Positions 46,859 through 56,725 of a DNA stretch of 56,725 nucleotides are shown here, in pieces; within the stretch, counting starts at the first letter, position 1, and each line of letters opens with the position of its first letter. Under the pieces are notes generated by a model, which did no database searches, was not told the origin of the DNA, and saw only the letters and a program-made list of their open reading frames with translations. Source of the stretch: an uncultured Calditrichaceae bacterium (GTDB lineage Bacteria > Calditrichota > Calditrichia > RBG-13-44-9 > J075); NCBI GenBank assembly GCA_964471235.1, contig CAYYGL010000001.1:71315-128039 (forward strand), written 5' to 3'. Made by a program: the position numbers and the translations under genes.

Positions 46859-49204
46859 TTAATTCCTCAATGGTTTGCCGGTTTTAAGCATGTATGCCAT
46901 TCGTTCCTGCGATTTCGTCTCCTGACACAACTGCACGAAGGCTTCCCGTTCCAGATCCAGCAGGTATTGCTCATCTACCGGTGTGGTGAAACCGGCTTTA
47001 TCTCCGCCGGTTAACACGTAAGCCAGATTTTTACCGATCAGCAAATCGTGTTCACTAATGGCTCCCTGTTTCAACATGGCATCCAGGGTACCCTCGATTG
47101 CCAGCCTGCCGCCCTCACCCGGCAAATAAATTTCCTTCCGGGGTTCCGGCGGTTGATATCCGGCAGCCATTTCCAGCACTGTTTGTTTGGCTTCGTAAAT
47201 CAGGTGGTCGGGATTGATCACAATCCGGTCCTGTTTGGTGAGATAGCCCATGGGAATTCCTTCCGCTGCCGATGAAGACACTTTGGCAAATCCAATCGTC
47301 TCAAATGCCTTTTGTACCGGCGGAAAGGGTCCGGAGCGCACTTTTTGCATCTTATCGATAAAGTTCAGCAGTACCCGCAAGGTGCCGCCCCCGCCGGGTA
47401 TCAATCCCACCCCCACTTCCACAGCGCCGACATAGAGTTCCGCAGAAGCGACGATGCGGTTAGCTGCCGCGGTAATCTCAAATCCGCCGCCCAGACACAT
47501 GTTAAAGGGTGCACTCACCACCGGGAAATCGGAATACTTCAACTGCTGACCGATATCCTGAAACGACCTGCTCAGCGCCTCGATGGTGCTCCATTCCTTT
47601 GCCCGGCACAATTCCAGGATCATCGCCAGGTTTGCCCCGGCAGAGAAATGTTTGCCCTGGTTCCCGATCACCAACCCCTTATAGCCTTGTGTCGGAATGA
47701 GTTCCAGCGCCTCTTGCAGCAGGTCAAACATTGCCGGGTCCAGCGGATTGAAATCCGGCTGAGCAATGCTGTGAAATTCCGCACACAACACACCGTCTCC
47801 CAGGTCGATCAGACTGGCGCTCCAGTTCTCCCGAATCACCCGTTCTTTGGCTTTTTCCAGGGAGAGATGAATCACCTTTTCCGACAGTTTTACCGGCTGA
47901 TAGCTTTTCTGATGGAGATCGTAGAAAAATGTTCTTCCATCCTGCACCGTATAAAAGTGTTTATGCCCGGATTGCAGCATCTCTTCCACCCATTGAGGGA
48001 CCGGCTTGCCTTCTTCCTTCATCCGCTGTACCGATTTCTCCACGCCGATAGCGTCCCAGGTTTCAAAAGGACCCATTTCCCAGCCAAAGCCCCATTTCAG
48101 CGCATTATCCACATTGACGATGTCATCGGCAATTTCCGGGATGCGGTTGGCGGAATAGATGAGGGTGTTCGCCAGAATTTCCCAGACGAACTCACCGGCT
48201 TTATCCGGGTTGTATACCAGTGCGTTAATCTTACCGGCGGTGGTGTGGTATCTTTTTGCGATGCGAATACCGTCGAAGCGCACTTTTTTGCGGGGGTGGT
48301 ATTCCAGGCTGTCCAGGTTCAGCGCCAGAATCTCTTTCCCTTCTTTTTTGTAGAATCCCTGACCGCTCTTCTGCCCCAGCCATTTGTTTTCTATCATCTT
48401 TTGCAGGAAACCGGGAATCTTGAAAATTTCCCGCTTCTCGTCATCCGGGCAGTTATCATAAGCGGTATTTGCCACATGGGCAAGGGTATCCAGTCCGACC
48501 ACATCAGCCGTGCGAAAGGTAGCGCTTTTGGGGCGTCCCAGTACCGGTCCGGTTAACGCATCCACCTCTTCCACGGAAAGACGCATTTTCCGGGCGACTT
48601 GCAGGGTTGCCATCATTCCATATACCCCAATGCGGTTGGCGATAAAATTCGGCGTGTCTTTGGCATACACAATCCCCTTACCCAGAACATTTTCGCAAAA
48701 TGCCACCATCGTATCGGTCACTTCCGGGAGGGTGTCTTCCCCGGGAACAATCTCCAGCAGATGCATGTAGCGGGGCGGGTTGAAAAAGTGCGTCACCAGG
48801 AAGCGTTTCCGGAAGTTTTCCGGCATGCCCTCGGTCATGTCCTTAATGGAGATACCGGAAGTATTGCTGGTCACGATGGCATTTTCCTTTAGATAGGGAC
48901 TGATTTTTTTGAACAGGGATTGTTTAATATCCAGCCGTTCTACCACCGCTTCAATCACCCAATCCACCTCTTTTAATTTTTCCAGATGATCATCAAAATT
49001 ACAGGGAGTGATCAATTTTACCGATTTGGGGTTATAGAAAGCCGCCGGTTTAATTTTGGTGGCTGTCTGAATTCCTTTTTCGGCAATTTCCTGGGAGATG
49101 TCGAACGCCAGGGAGGGAATGCCGGCGTTGGCTAAATGGGCGGCAATCTGGCTGCCCATTACCCCCGTCCCCAAAACGGCAACTTTTTTAATGGGAGTAC
49201 TCAT
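46859..49204 (-). CDS. fadN: 3-hydroxyacyl-CoA dehydrogenase / enoyl-CoA hydratase (FadN type)
   Basis: VLGTGVMGSQIA, SNTSGI, HFFNPPRYM, FIANRIG, FSAGANL, LGGGFE, GKPLRN; GGAGG RBS before 49204. Confidence 0.92.
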   Translation of the reverse strand: MSTPIKKVAVLGTGVMGSQIAAHLANAGIPSLAFDISQEIAEKGIQTATKIKPAAFYNPKSVKLITPCNFDDHLEKLKEVDWVIEAVVERLDIKQSLFKKISPYLKENAIVTSNTSGISIKDMTEGMPENFRKRFLVTHFFNPPRYMHLLEIVPGEDTLPEVTDTMVAFCENVLGKGIVYAKDTPNFIANRIGVYGMMATLQVARKMRLSVEEVDALTGPVLGRPKSATFRTADVVGLDTLAHVANTAYDNCPDDEKREIFKIPGFLQKMIENKWLGQKSGQGFYKKEGKEILALNLDSLEYHPRKKVRFDGIRIAKRYHTTAGKINALVYNPDKAGEFVWEILANTLIYSANRIPEIADDIVNVDNALKWGFGWEMGPFETWDAIGVEKSVQRMKEEGKPVPQWVEEMLQSGHKHFYTVQDGRTFFYDLHQKSYQPVKLSEKVIHLSLEKAKERVIRENWSASLIDLGDGVLCAEFHSIAQPDFNPLDPAMFDLLQEALELIPTQGYKGLVIGNQGKHFSAGANLAMILELCRAKEWSTIEALSRSFQDIGQQLKYSDFPVVSAPFNMCLGGGFEITAAANRIVASAELYVGAVEVGVGLIPGGGGTLRVLLNFIDKMQKVRSGPFPPVQKAFETIGFAKVSSSAAEGIPMGYLTKQDRIVINPDHLIYEAKQTVLEMAAGYQPPEPRKEIYLPGEGGRLAIEGTLDAMLKQGAISEHDLLIGKNLAYVLTGGDKAGFTTPVDEQYLLDLEREAFVQLCQETKSQERMAYMLKTGKPLRN

Positions 49205-49217
49205 GGCAAACCTCCTT

Positions 49218-50354
49218 TCACAATCGCTCGATGATGGTGGCAATTCCCTGACCGGTACCGATGCACATGGTAGCCAGACCCAATTTGGCGTTGCGTTGAT
49301 CCATTACATTCAACAAAGTGGTTAAGATGCGTGCCCCGGAGCACCCCAGGGGATGACCCAGTGCCACCGCGCCGCCATTGAGATTGATTTTATTCATATC
49401 CCACCCGCCTTTTTTGATGACATACAGCGATTGGGCGGCAAAGGCTTCATTCAACTCAATCACCTCGATATCGTTCATCGTCAGACCGGCGCGTTTCAGG
49501 GCTTTTTCTGTAGCCGGTAACGGTCCCATGCCCATCCGCTGCCAGTCGACTCCGGCAATCGCCCGGGAAATAATGCGTGCCCGGGGTTTTAACCCGAATT
49601 CTTTGGCGGTTTCAGCGCTGGTTAACAACACCGCCGCAGCGCCGATAGAATACGGGCTGCTGGTGGCAGCGGTCACTGTGCCGTCTTTCAGAAATGCCGG
49701 TTTCAGGGACTTCATCTTTTCAATATCCGGCTCCCGGGGTCCTTCATCCCGGTTGATTACCACATCGTTATGGCGAATGGGTATCACTTCATTTTCGAAT
49801 CGCCCGTTCTTCCAGGCATCTAACGCTTTCTGATGAGAAGCAATCGCGAACTCTTCCTGTTCTTCCCGGGAGATGTTGCCTTCCGTTGCCAGAATCTCCG
49901 CGGTCTCACCCATTCCCATATAAAAATTTTTCTTCATCAAATCCGGGTGAAAGCTGGGGTTGTATCCACCCATGGGAACGGAAAACATATCTTCCACACC
50001 CCCGGCAATCACGGCATCGGCATCGCCCAGGGTAATGGCATAATCCGCCTGATGCACCGCATCCATGGACGAGCCGCAAAAGCGATTTACCACTTTGGCG
50101 CCTGCTTCTTTGGGGATGCCGGCTAATACGGCAACAGAACGGGCAATGAGCATTCCCTGGGTGCCTTCCGGAAATGCACAGCCGAAGATAACATCATCAA
50201 TTTTCTCTACCGGCAGCGCCGCGTTCCGTTTCAGTAATCCCTGTACCACCTGGGCTGCCAGATCATCCGGGCGTATCCCAACCATCTGACCCCGTTTCAC
50301 CCCAATCGGGCTGCGTACGGCGTCAACGATTACACTTGCTTGCTCTTTTGCCAT
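49218..50354 (-). CDS. fadA: Acetyl-CoA C-acyltransferase (thiolase)
   Basis: NRFCGSS, ELNEAFA, GHPLGCSG, MCIGTGQG. Confidence 0.95.
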   Translation of the reverse strand: MAKEQASVIVDAVRSPIGVKRGQMVGIRPDDLAAQVVQGLLKRNAALPVEKIDDVIFGCAFPEGTQGMLIARSVAVLAGIPKEAGAKVVNRFCGSSMDAVHQADYAITLGDADAVIAGGVEDMFSVPMGGYNPSFHPDLMKKNFYMGMGETAEILATEGNISREEQEEFAIASHQKALDAWKNGRFENEVIPIRHNDVVINRDEGPREPDIEKMKSLKPAFLKDGTVTAATSSPYSIGAAAVLLTSAETAKEFGLKPRARIISRAIAGVDWQRMGMGPLPATEKALKRAGLTMNDIEVIELNEAFAAQSLYVIKKGGWDMNKINLNGGAVALGHPLGCSGARILTTLLNVMDQRNAKLGLATMCIGTGQGIATIIERL

Positions 50355-50395
50355 TGTTATCTCTCCTGTGATTTGGTTAGTTATCTTTCTTTAAC

Positions 50396-50560
50396 AGGGG
50401 ATGGGGAAAGGTAAAAGGTATAGGGTATAAGGAGGGGGAGGTTCCTGTGGATGGTAAACCCGGGAAAAAATCACCCTCTTTAACATCCCTACCCGTTTTT
50501 AAAAAACCCACATGTTCAATACCGAATATCCCAGTATCCCTATACCCATTCCCATCATCT
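50396..50560. repeat. Imperfect inverted repeat of short purine-rich units between fadE and fadA
   Basis: GGGATGGGGAAAGG..GGTATAGGGTATA versus TATCCCTATACCCATTCCCATC. Confidence 0.45.
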
Positions 50561-50563
50561 CAC

Positions 50564-52327
50564 CTACAGCCAATACTCCCCATGCCGGTACAATTCCTCG
50601 GCGATATCCGCCTTCCAACGAAAGGTATGGGTCTGATTGGGCAACAGATTCCGCAGTTGCTGTAATGTTTTCAGACTTTCGTCAAGGGTTTTGCCGGAGA
50701 GAATATTTTGCAATCCTCTCTCCACATTCAGGGCAATCAGCGGAATCTGCTCGGCACACAGTGTCTTTGCAATTTTTACCCGAACATCGTCTTCATCCTT
50801 ATCATATCCATGCTGAACGACCCGGCTGAGTACCGTATCCATCACATAGAGCTGGATAAAAATATCGCTAAGGATTTCACCGAGCTGCTGGTAGTTCATC
50901 AAATCCTGCCCGTATTTCACCAGGGCATGATGAAAGAGCAATACGCCCATGCTTTTGGCGATTTCCAGCGCTTGCAGTTGCGGCGCCAGGTTGCCGGAGA
51001 AATGGGGCAATTTACCGGCAGCAATGTCATTGATTTTTTTCACCGCATCACGCATGGGCAGTTGTTCTAAAATGGTGCGTTTCAGGAAATAGCCGGTAAT
51101 CACCTGGCGATTGATTTCATTGGTGCCTTCGTAAAGTCGCTCGATGCGGGCATCCCGCAGCAGCCGCGCCATGGGATAATCTTCGATGAAACCGTATCCG
51201 CCGAATGATTGCAAACCGTCATCTGCCACTTTCCAAAGCGACTCGCTCGAATACACTTTACAGATGGAGCACTCGATAGCGTAATTTTCAATGGCGTTGG
51301 CAACTTCTGAGAAATAGTTCGGGGAATCCGGCGCTACCTCGGAGATGGAGTGGTCCAGTAACCCGCCGGTACGATAGATGATGCTTTCCACGGCAAAGGT
51401 GTGAATCACCATCTCGGCAAATTTCCGCTTCAGAGCATCGAAGTGAGCAATGGGTTGCCCGAACTGCCAGCGCTCCAGGGCATACGCAACCGATTCTTTG
51501 ATTGCCGCTTTACAACCGCCCAAATCCGCTGCACCCAATTTAAAGCGCCCGATGTTCAGGCTATTGAATGCCACTTCCGCACCCTTACCGATTTGATGGA
51601 GCACATTTTCAACCGGCACTGCCACATTCTCAAAAGTGATACTGGTGGTGGATGCGCCTTTTTGCCCCAGTTTGTATTCCTCTTTGCCGGGTTGTACGCC
51701 CGGGGTATCCCGCTCCACAATAAAGGCGGTGAATTTTTCCCCGTCAATTTTGGCAAAGACGATGTACACATCCGCCCAACCACCGTTGGTAATGAATTGT
51801 TTGGTACCATTGAGGATGTAATGTGTTTTGTCTTCCGAGAGGGTAGCCGTGGTACGGATGGACATGGCATCGGAACCGGCGGTGGGTTCGGTGAGGCAGT
51901 AAGCGCTGATGTGTTCGGCGGTTACCAATTTGGGGAGATATTTGCGCTTCTGCTCCTCGGTGCCGAAGAAAACAATCGGGAGAGTACCAATAGACGTCTG
52001 GGCAGCGATGGTAACCCCAAAACTGGCGCTGGTGCCCAGTCCAATGCTTTCGGTCAGGATCGCTGAGGTCACTTTGTCAAGGGACAATCCGCCATATTCT
52101 TCCGGAACGTCGATCCCCAGAAAGCCGATCTCCCCGGCTTTTCGCATTAAGGAACGCATTAATTCCGGGTTGTACTTTTCAATTTCATCCCGTTGAGCAT
52201 AAATCTCTTCCAAAGCAAATTCCCGGGCAAGTTCCAGAAAATCACGCTGCTCTTCGCTGAAGTTTTCTTTGGCAAAGATTTCCTCGGTCCCAACCGGTGT
52301 GGTGAGAAATCGACCTCCGCTTTTCAT
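50564..52327 (-). CDS. fadE: Acyl-CoA dehydrogenase
   Basis: AYCLTEPTAGSDA, NGTKQFITNGG, LNIGR, FGGYGFIEDYP, RLYEGTNEINR. Confidence 0.93.
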   Translation of the reverse strand: MKSGGRFLTTPVGTEEIFAKENFSEEQRDFLELAREFALEEIYAQRDEIEKYNPELMRSLMRKAGEIGFLGIDVPEEYGGLSLDKVTSAILTESIGLGTSASFGVTIAAQTSIGTLPIVFFGTEEQKRKYLPKLVTAEHISAYCLTEPTAGSDAMSIRTTATLSEDKTHYILNGTKQFITNGGWADVYIVFAKIDGEKFTAFIVERDTPGVQPGKEEYKLGQKGASTTSITFENVAVPVENVLHQIGKGAEVAFNSLNIGRFKLGAADLGGCKAAIKESVAYALERWQFGQPIAHFDALKRKFAEMVIHTFAVESIIYRTGGLLDHSISEVAPDSPNYFSEVANAIENYAIECSICKVYSSESLWKVADDGLQSFGGYGFIEDYPMARLLRDARIERLYEGTNEINRQVITGYFLKRTILEQLPMRDAVKKINDIAAGKLPHFSGNLAPQLQALEIAKSMGVLLFHHALVKYGQDLMNYQQLGEILSDIFIQLYVMDTVLSRVVQHGYDKDEDDVRVKIAKTLCAEQIPLIALNVERGLQNILSGKTLDESLKTLQQLRNLLPNQTHTFRWKADIAEELYRHGEYWL

Positions 52328-52406
52328 AATGACTCCTTTAAGTAATTGGTTTTATGAAAAATAGGTAAATGCATCGTATCGGATTAGATGCTGCCTCCGC
52401 AGATAG

Positions 52407-52421
52407 TTGAACAGTGTTCAA
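52407..52421. promoter_or_regulatory. Palindromic operator candidate upstream of fadE
   Basis: Perfect TTGAACA-G-TGTTCAA, 80 bp upstream of the start. Confidence 0.55.
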
Positions 52422-52741
52422 TGATTTTACCCAATGATTTTAAAAATGTTCGACAATCGCAAGAGAAAATGTAATTAAGAATGATTTTTGATTTGGAAGC
52501 AGGGAGTGAAAAAAAGTCCGGAGATGAACAGCATGAACAGGTTTCCGCCGCCAGGGGTAAGAATGCTGCATCCGGTTCGGATGTGAAAGCAGCACGACAG
52601 CGTTTATCCATCAGTTTTCATTCTGCGATGAACGATTGCCGCTTTAGAGGCAGGTTAGCAGAAATTTGCGACCATACCCCGGAGTGTTCCATTGCATCAG
52701 GTGTCGACACCACACTGCCGTGCTACTTTCGATTGGAAATT

Positions 52742-53872
52742 TTATTCCAGCACAAAAATATTCCGTTTGGCGCACATCTCTTTTAAAATTTTGGGCCAGA
52801 CGGTCACGCTCACTTCACCCAGGTGGGCTTTGCGCAACAGCAGCATGTAGGTGCGGGACTGCCCGATGCCACCGCCGATGCTGAGTGGAATCTCATGGTT
52901 CATGATTGCCTTGTGATAGGGATAGTTCAGAAAATGCAACTGACCGGTCATTTCCAACTGTTTTTTCAAGGATTCCGGATTGACCCGGATTCCCATCGAG
53001 GTTAATTCATGACGTCGACGGGTAACCGGATTCCAGACCAGGATGTCGCCGTTCAACCCGTGCATGGGGCGCCCGTCTTTGGAGGTGGTCTCTGTGATCC
53101 AGTCGTCGTAATCCGCGGCGCGCATCTCATGGGGATAACCGTCTTTTAGCGGGTATCCGATGCCGTAGATAAAAATTGCCGGATATTCCTGCAGGATGGC
53201 GGTTTCCCGTGCTTTGCGCGGCATATCGGGAAATCTGTCCAAAATATCCTCGGCGTGTAAAAAGGTGAGTTCGTCCGGTAAATTGGGATATTTATCGGTC
53301 TTCAATTGGGGAAACAGCTCCTGCACATGCTGTTCCGCCCCTTTTAACACTTTCCAGATTTTTTTCACCACCTCGGTGAGATAATCCAGATTGCGCTGCT
53401 CTTCGGTGATTACCTTCTCCCAATCCCATTGATCCACATACACGCTGTGGTCATGATCGAGAAAGTAATCTTTGCGAACAGCGCGCATATCGGTGATAAT
53501 CCCTTCGCCGACGTCCATTCCAAATTGCTTGAGCGCCATGCGTTTCCACTTGGTGGCTGCCTGTACCACTTCGGCATCGATAGGATGTTTGTCGTTGTCA
53601 TTAGAAATGTGGAAGCGGATTGGCGTTCGGGAACCGTCCCGGTCCAAATAGTCATTAACCCCGCTTTCCACATCCACAATCAGGGGCACCGTTACCCGAA
53701 TGAGGTTCAATTCTTTGCACAGGTTCTGCTCGATGTAATCCTTCACCGCAAACAACGCCAACTGGGTTTCCCGGGGGGTTAACAACGAGTGGTAATCGGT
53801 GGGGAGAATTTTTTCCAACTCGGCATAATCCCCAATGCCAGGTCCGTAAAGATCTGCTTTCTTGTCTGCCAT
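52742..53872 (-). CDS. asnA: Aspartate--ammonia ligase
   Basis: KWKRMAL, HSVYVDQWDWEK, RAADYDDW, GLNGDILVW, SMGIRV, SIGGGIGQSR. Confidence 0.95.
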   Translation of the reverse strand: MADKKADLYGPGIGDYAELEKILPTDYHSLLTPRETQLALFAVKDYIEQNLCKELNLIRVTVPLIVDVESGVNDYLDRDGSRTPIRFHISNDNDKHPIDAEVVQAATKWKRMALKQFGMDVGEGIITDMRAVRKDYFLDHDHSVYVDQWDWEKVITEEQRNLDYLTEVVKKIWKVLKGAEQHVQELFPQLKTDKYPNLPDELTFLHAEDILDRFPDMPRKARETAILQEYPAIFIYGIGYPLKDGYPHEMRAADYDDWITETTSKDGRPMHGLNGDILVWNPVTRRRHELTSMGIRVNPESLKKQLEMTGQLHFLNYPYHKAIMNHEIPLSIGGGIGQSRTYMLLLRKAHLGEVSVTVWPKILKEMCAKRNIFVLE

Positions 53873-54202
53873 AATCTTGTCTCCTCTGTTGAGTGAGTCA
53901 TATCATGACGGTTCATGTTTTAACTGCCCTTCAATTATGTTTTCCAGGCCTGATTTGAAGTTATATCCTGTGAATTAAAATAGCAATTCCATTCCACTTT
54001 TTTCAGGAATGTTAGAAACCGGATCGTCAAAACTTGTTTTGACAGGAAGCAGTGGGCAGTGGGTGAGTCATGAAAGAACGAAGGGGGGAGGCAGTGAGCG
54101 AAAGGGTGGGTGAAAGGGGAAAGCAAAAAGCCGTTTTTTTACTCGTTACGCATCAGGTTTCACATCTTCACATTTTACGGTTCAAATTTTGTGATATGAT
54201 GT

Positions 54203-54230
54203 TTGATTTCCGGTTTCCGGTTCCTATATT
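54203..54230 (+). promoter_or_regulatory. Sigma70-like promoter
   Basis: TTGATT-N16-TATATT, matching the other promoters in the window. Confidence 0.45.
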
Positions 54231-54537
54231 TTTAAATCTTTAACTACGGAATCAAAGAGCGACAAAATGTTTTACTTTTTATAAAGTTACCGCAGTTAAA
54301 ACCGAATATGAATCTCTGTTTTCGCAGGAGGCGTAAGCAGGGGCGAGGAAAGTCTGTATGGGTGTCAGAATCCTTCTTAATATGTATGAAACCTTCCTCA
54401 ATTACACAGAACCTGGAAAGGGATTTCCGTACGAAATAAGCTGATACAACTGGATGAATCTGTATTGTCGCCATGTGTTATACCCGGGTCGCTTCATTAA
54501 CCAACGAGGTTTGTAAATCATCGTCCCCGGATGAACA

Positions 54538-54568
54538 GGGCTTTCGGAATGTGGGAGTCCTTTTTTTT
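54538..54568 (+). terminator. Intrinsic terminator within the leader of the sugar-pathway operon
   Basis: GGGCTTTC...GGGAGTCC stem (G-U pairs) followed by T8. Confidence 0.6.
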
Positions 54569-54781
54569 GTTGTGAATATTTGGCACAGATGCTATCGGCG
54601 TAGGGTATACGGTCAGCGGCATTAATTTCCAAATATACGCTATGCGAATAGAGTGTTTGCTCCGGATGCAGGTTGGCATCGCCAGTCTGTAAGTGACGGG
54701 GCGGAGCTGTACATTATCGATTGAGCATTGATGATTTATGATGGATGATTGGTGAAGCATCGCGGCAAGGGGGGAGAGGTA

Positions 54782-54846
54782 TCAGTGAGTCAGTAAGTCA
54801 GTAAGTCAGTAAGTCAGTGAGTCAGTAAGTCAGTTGAGCAGTCAAT
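54782..54846. repeat. 8-bp tandem repeat (TCAGTAAG/TCAGTGAG)
   Basis: About 6-7 consecutive units. Confidence 0.85.
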
Positions 54847-55013
54847 AGCCGCATACAGTGATGGGGTGGGAAATTTTGGAAAGAGGAAAGAGGTCACCCT
54901 CGGAGGGGGTTTGAAACGTTTTTGAAAGCACTATCATTCTGATTTTTTCCGACGTTTTTTTGGTTACTCTTTGGTTTCTGCATTTTCCATAATTTTTGCA
55001 ATACGGAGCTGGT

Positions 55014-56636
55014 ATGAGTAAAAACGAGTTTCGAATAGCGGTCATCGGCAGCGGGCGCTGGGGAAAGAATCATATCAAAACCGCCACCCAGCTATTCGAT
55101 AAAAATTTGACCTATGTTTGTGATAGTAATCCCCAGCAACAGGCGGTAGCCGTACAACTGGCACCCCGGGCAAAATTCACCACCCAGATCGATGAGGTGC
55201 TTTCCGACAGGCAGGTAACGGCGGTCATCATCTCTACCCCGGCGGAAACCCATTACGATTTAGCCCGCCTTGCCCTGCAACACGGAAAGCATGTCCTGGT
55301 GGAAAAACCGCTGGCGTTGTTTTCCTTTCAGGCGCAGGAGCTTCATAAATTGGCTCTTCAAAAGCAACGGATATTGATGGTGGGGCATCTCCTGCTATAT
55401 CATCCCGCGATCCGAAAAATTAAAGAGCTGGTGGATAACGGCACGCTGGGCAAACTGGAGTATATCTACAGCAATCGACTGAACCTGGGCACGGTACGGA
55501 AGGAGGAGAACATCCTGTGGTCCTTTGCCCCCCACGACATCTCCGTGCTGCAATATCTGATCAACGACGATCCCATCGAGGTGGATGCCAAAGGCGGGGT
55601 ATTCCTGCAGCCCGGCATCCACGATGTCACCCTGACCATGCTGCGCTATCCCAACAATATTCTGGCACATATCCATGTGAGCTGGCTGCATCCCTTTAAA
55701 GAACACCGCCTGGTGGTGATCGGCGATAAAAGCATGATCGTCTTTGAAGATACCAAGGCGAGCGATAAGTTGGTTCTCTATCCCAAGGGCATCGACTGGA
55801 TACAGGGGGAGCCCATCAAGCGGGATGAGGGGTTTCAGGTGATAGACTATGAACCGGCAATGCCGCTGAATGTGGAGCAGCAGCATTTTTATGAATGTGT
55901 GACCACCGGCAGGCAGCCCCTTACCGACGGCGAAAATGGCATCAAGGTGCTGGAAATATTAGAGGAAGCCCAGCAATGCCTGGAGCGGTGGAGTGAAGGT
56001 TCGGAAGAGGTGGTTGCCGGCGGGGAAAAGAAACGGGTGGAAGCGCCTTATTTTGTGCATGAAACCGCCCGGGTGGATGAGGGATGCCGCATCGGGGAGG
56101 GCACCAAAATCTGGCATTACAGTCATGTGCAATCCGGGGCAACCATCGGGAAAAACTGCTCCCTGGGGCAGAATGTGAATGTGGGCAATAACGTGCGTAT
56201 TGGTAATCATGTAAAGATACAAAATAACGTCTCCGTGTATGAAGGCGTGGAGTTGGAAGACTACGTGTTTTGCGGACCCTCCATGGTGTTTACCAACGTT
56301 TTGAATCCCCGCAGTGAGTTTCCCCAGCGAGGGAGCAAATTTTATATTCCCACGAAAGTGAAATACGGCGCTTCCATCGGCGCCAATGCCACCATTGTTT
56401 GCGGTACCACCGTGGGCAGGTTTGCCTTTGTAGGCGCCGGGGCGGTGGTAACAAAGGATGTGCCGGATTATGCCCTGGTAGTGGGCAATCCGGCAAAAGT
56501 AACGGGATGGATGTGCCGCTGCGGCACTAAATTGAGCTTCTCTGACGATAACACCGCCGTTTGCCAAAAGTGCGGCAGGGAATACGAAAAAGCCGGGATG
56601 AAGGTAAGCTGCACCAATGAGAATCAGTTTAAGTGA
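55014..56636 (+). CDS. Gfo/Idh/MocA dehydrogenase (WbpB/WlbA-like) fused to a hexapeptide N-acetyltransferase (WbpD/WlbB-like)
   Basis: [21 protein letters not shown]; then [41 protein letters not shown]-terminal CRCG..CQKCG. Confidence 0.9.
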   Translation: MSKNEFRIAVIGSGRWGKNHIKTATQLFDKNLTYVCDSNPQQQAVAVQLAPRAKFTTQIDEVLSDRQVTAVIISTPAETHYDLARLALQHGKHVLVEKPLALFSFQAQELHKLALQKQRILMVGHLLLYHPAIRKIKELVDNGTLGKLEYIYSNRLNLGTVRKEENILWSFAPHDISVLQYLINDDPIEVDAKGGVFLQPGIHDVTLTMLRYPNNILAHIHVSWLHPFKEHRLVVIGDKSMIVFEDTKASDKLVLYPKGIDWIQGEPIKRDEGFQVIDYEPAMPLNVEQQHFYECVTTGRQPLTDGENGIKVLEILEEAQQCLERWSEGSEEVVAGGEKKRVEAPYFVHETARVDEGCRIGEGTKIWHYSHVQSGATIGKNCSLGQNVNVGNNVRIGNHVKIQNNVSVYEGVELEDYVFCGPSMVFTNVLNPRSEFPQRGSKFYIPTKVKYGASIGANATIVCGTTVGRFAFVGAGAVVTKDVPDYALVVGNPAKVTGWMCRCGTKLSFSDDNTAVCQKCGREYEKAGMKVSCTNENQFK

Positions 56637-56682
56637 GAAGGGGAAAGGCGATGGGGGGAACCGGCGAGATGGAACGTCAAAA

Positions 56683-56725
56683 TTATGGAGTTTGAATAAT
56701 TAATCGGGCTATTTTTAATGCTCGC
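56683..56725. repeat. Second copy of the 37354 dispersed repeat, cut by the window end
   Basis: 56689-56725 is identical to 37360-37396 (37 bp). Confidence 0.9.

Noticed and set aside
47312-48556. 414-aa plus-strand ORF
   Set aside because: Antisense shadow of fadN with no recognisable motifs
54340-54420. RNase P RNA (GAGGAAAGTC and ACAGAA motifs)
   Set aside because: The motifs are only about 60 nt apart and the remaining conserved P4 elements are missing

Overview
Bacterial chromosomal window. The NYPNPFN-type C-terminal sorting domains, TPR-GT2 giants and overall gene style suggest the FCB group, perhaps Calditrichota (inference). 1-20.3 kb is a heavy-metal island: 3' end of a P1B ATPase, a CzcCBA-like and a CusCBA-like efflux operon each headed by a Cys-rich small ORF, a PII-like gene, a di-haem cytochrome c, and DUF302 and SHOCT genes. 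Antisense toxin-antitoxin and coiled-coil cassettes interrupt it. 21-29.7 kb is a minus-strand signalling module (lipoprotein, GAF-sigma54 activator, membrane Ser/Thr kinase, Kelch protein, TPR protein, His-rich secreted protein) with a visible sigma54 promoter and tandem enhancer-like sites. 29.8-37 kb is a glycan-modification operon. The rest holds an AbiE type IV TA pair, housekeeping genes, a fadE-fadA-fadN beta-oxidation operon, asnA, and a long leader before a WbpB-WbpD-like fusion. The two best candidates for an undescribed system are (i) the Cys-rich 'LLI-stop' leader ORFs, whose 3' ends are complementary to the ribosome-binding site of the downstream TolC gene (possible metal-sensing translational switch), and (ii) the kinase/sigma54 module driving a His-rich secreted protein. 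No rRNA, tRNA, CRISPR array, integrase or transposase was recognised. All assignments come from reading motifs by eye; no searches were run.
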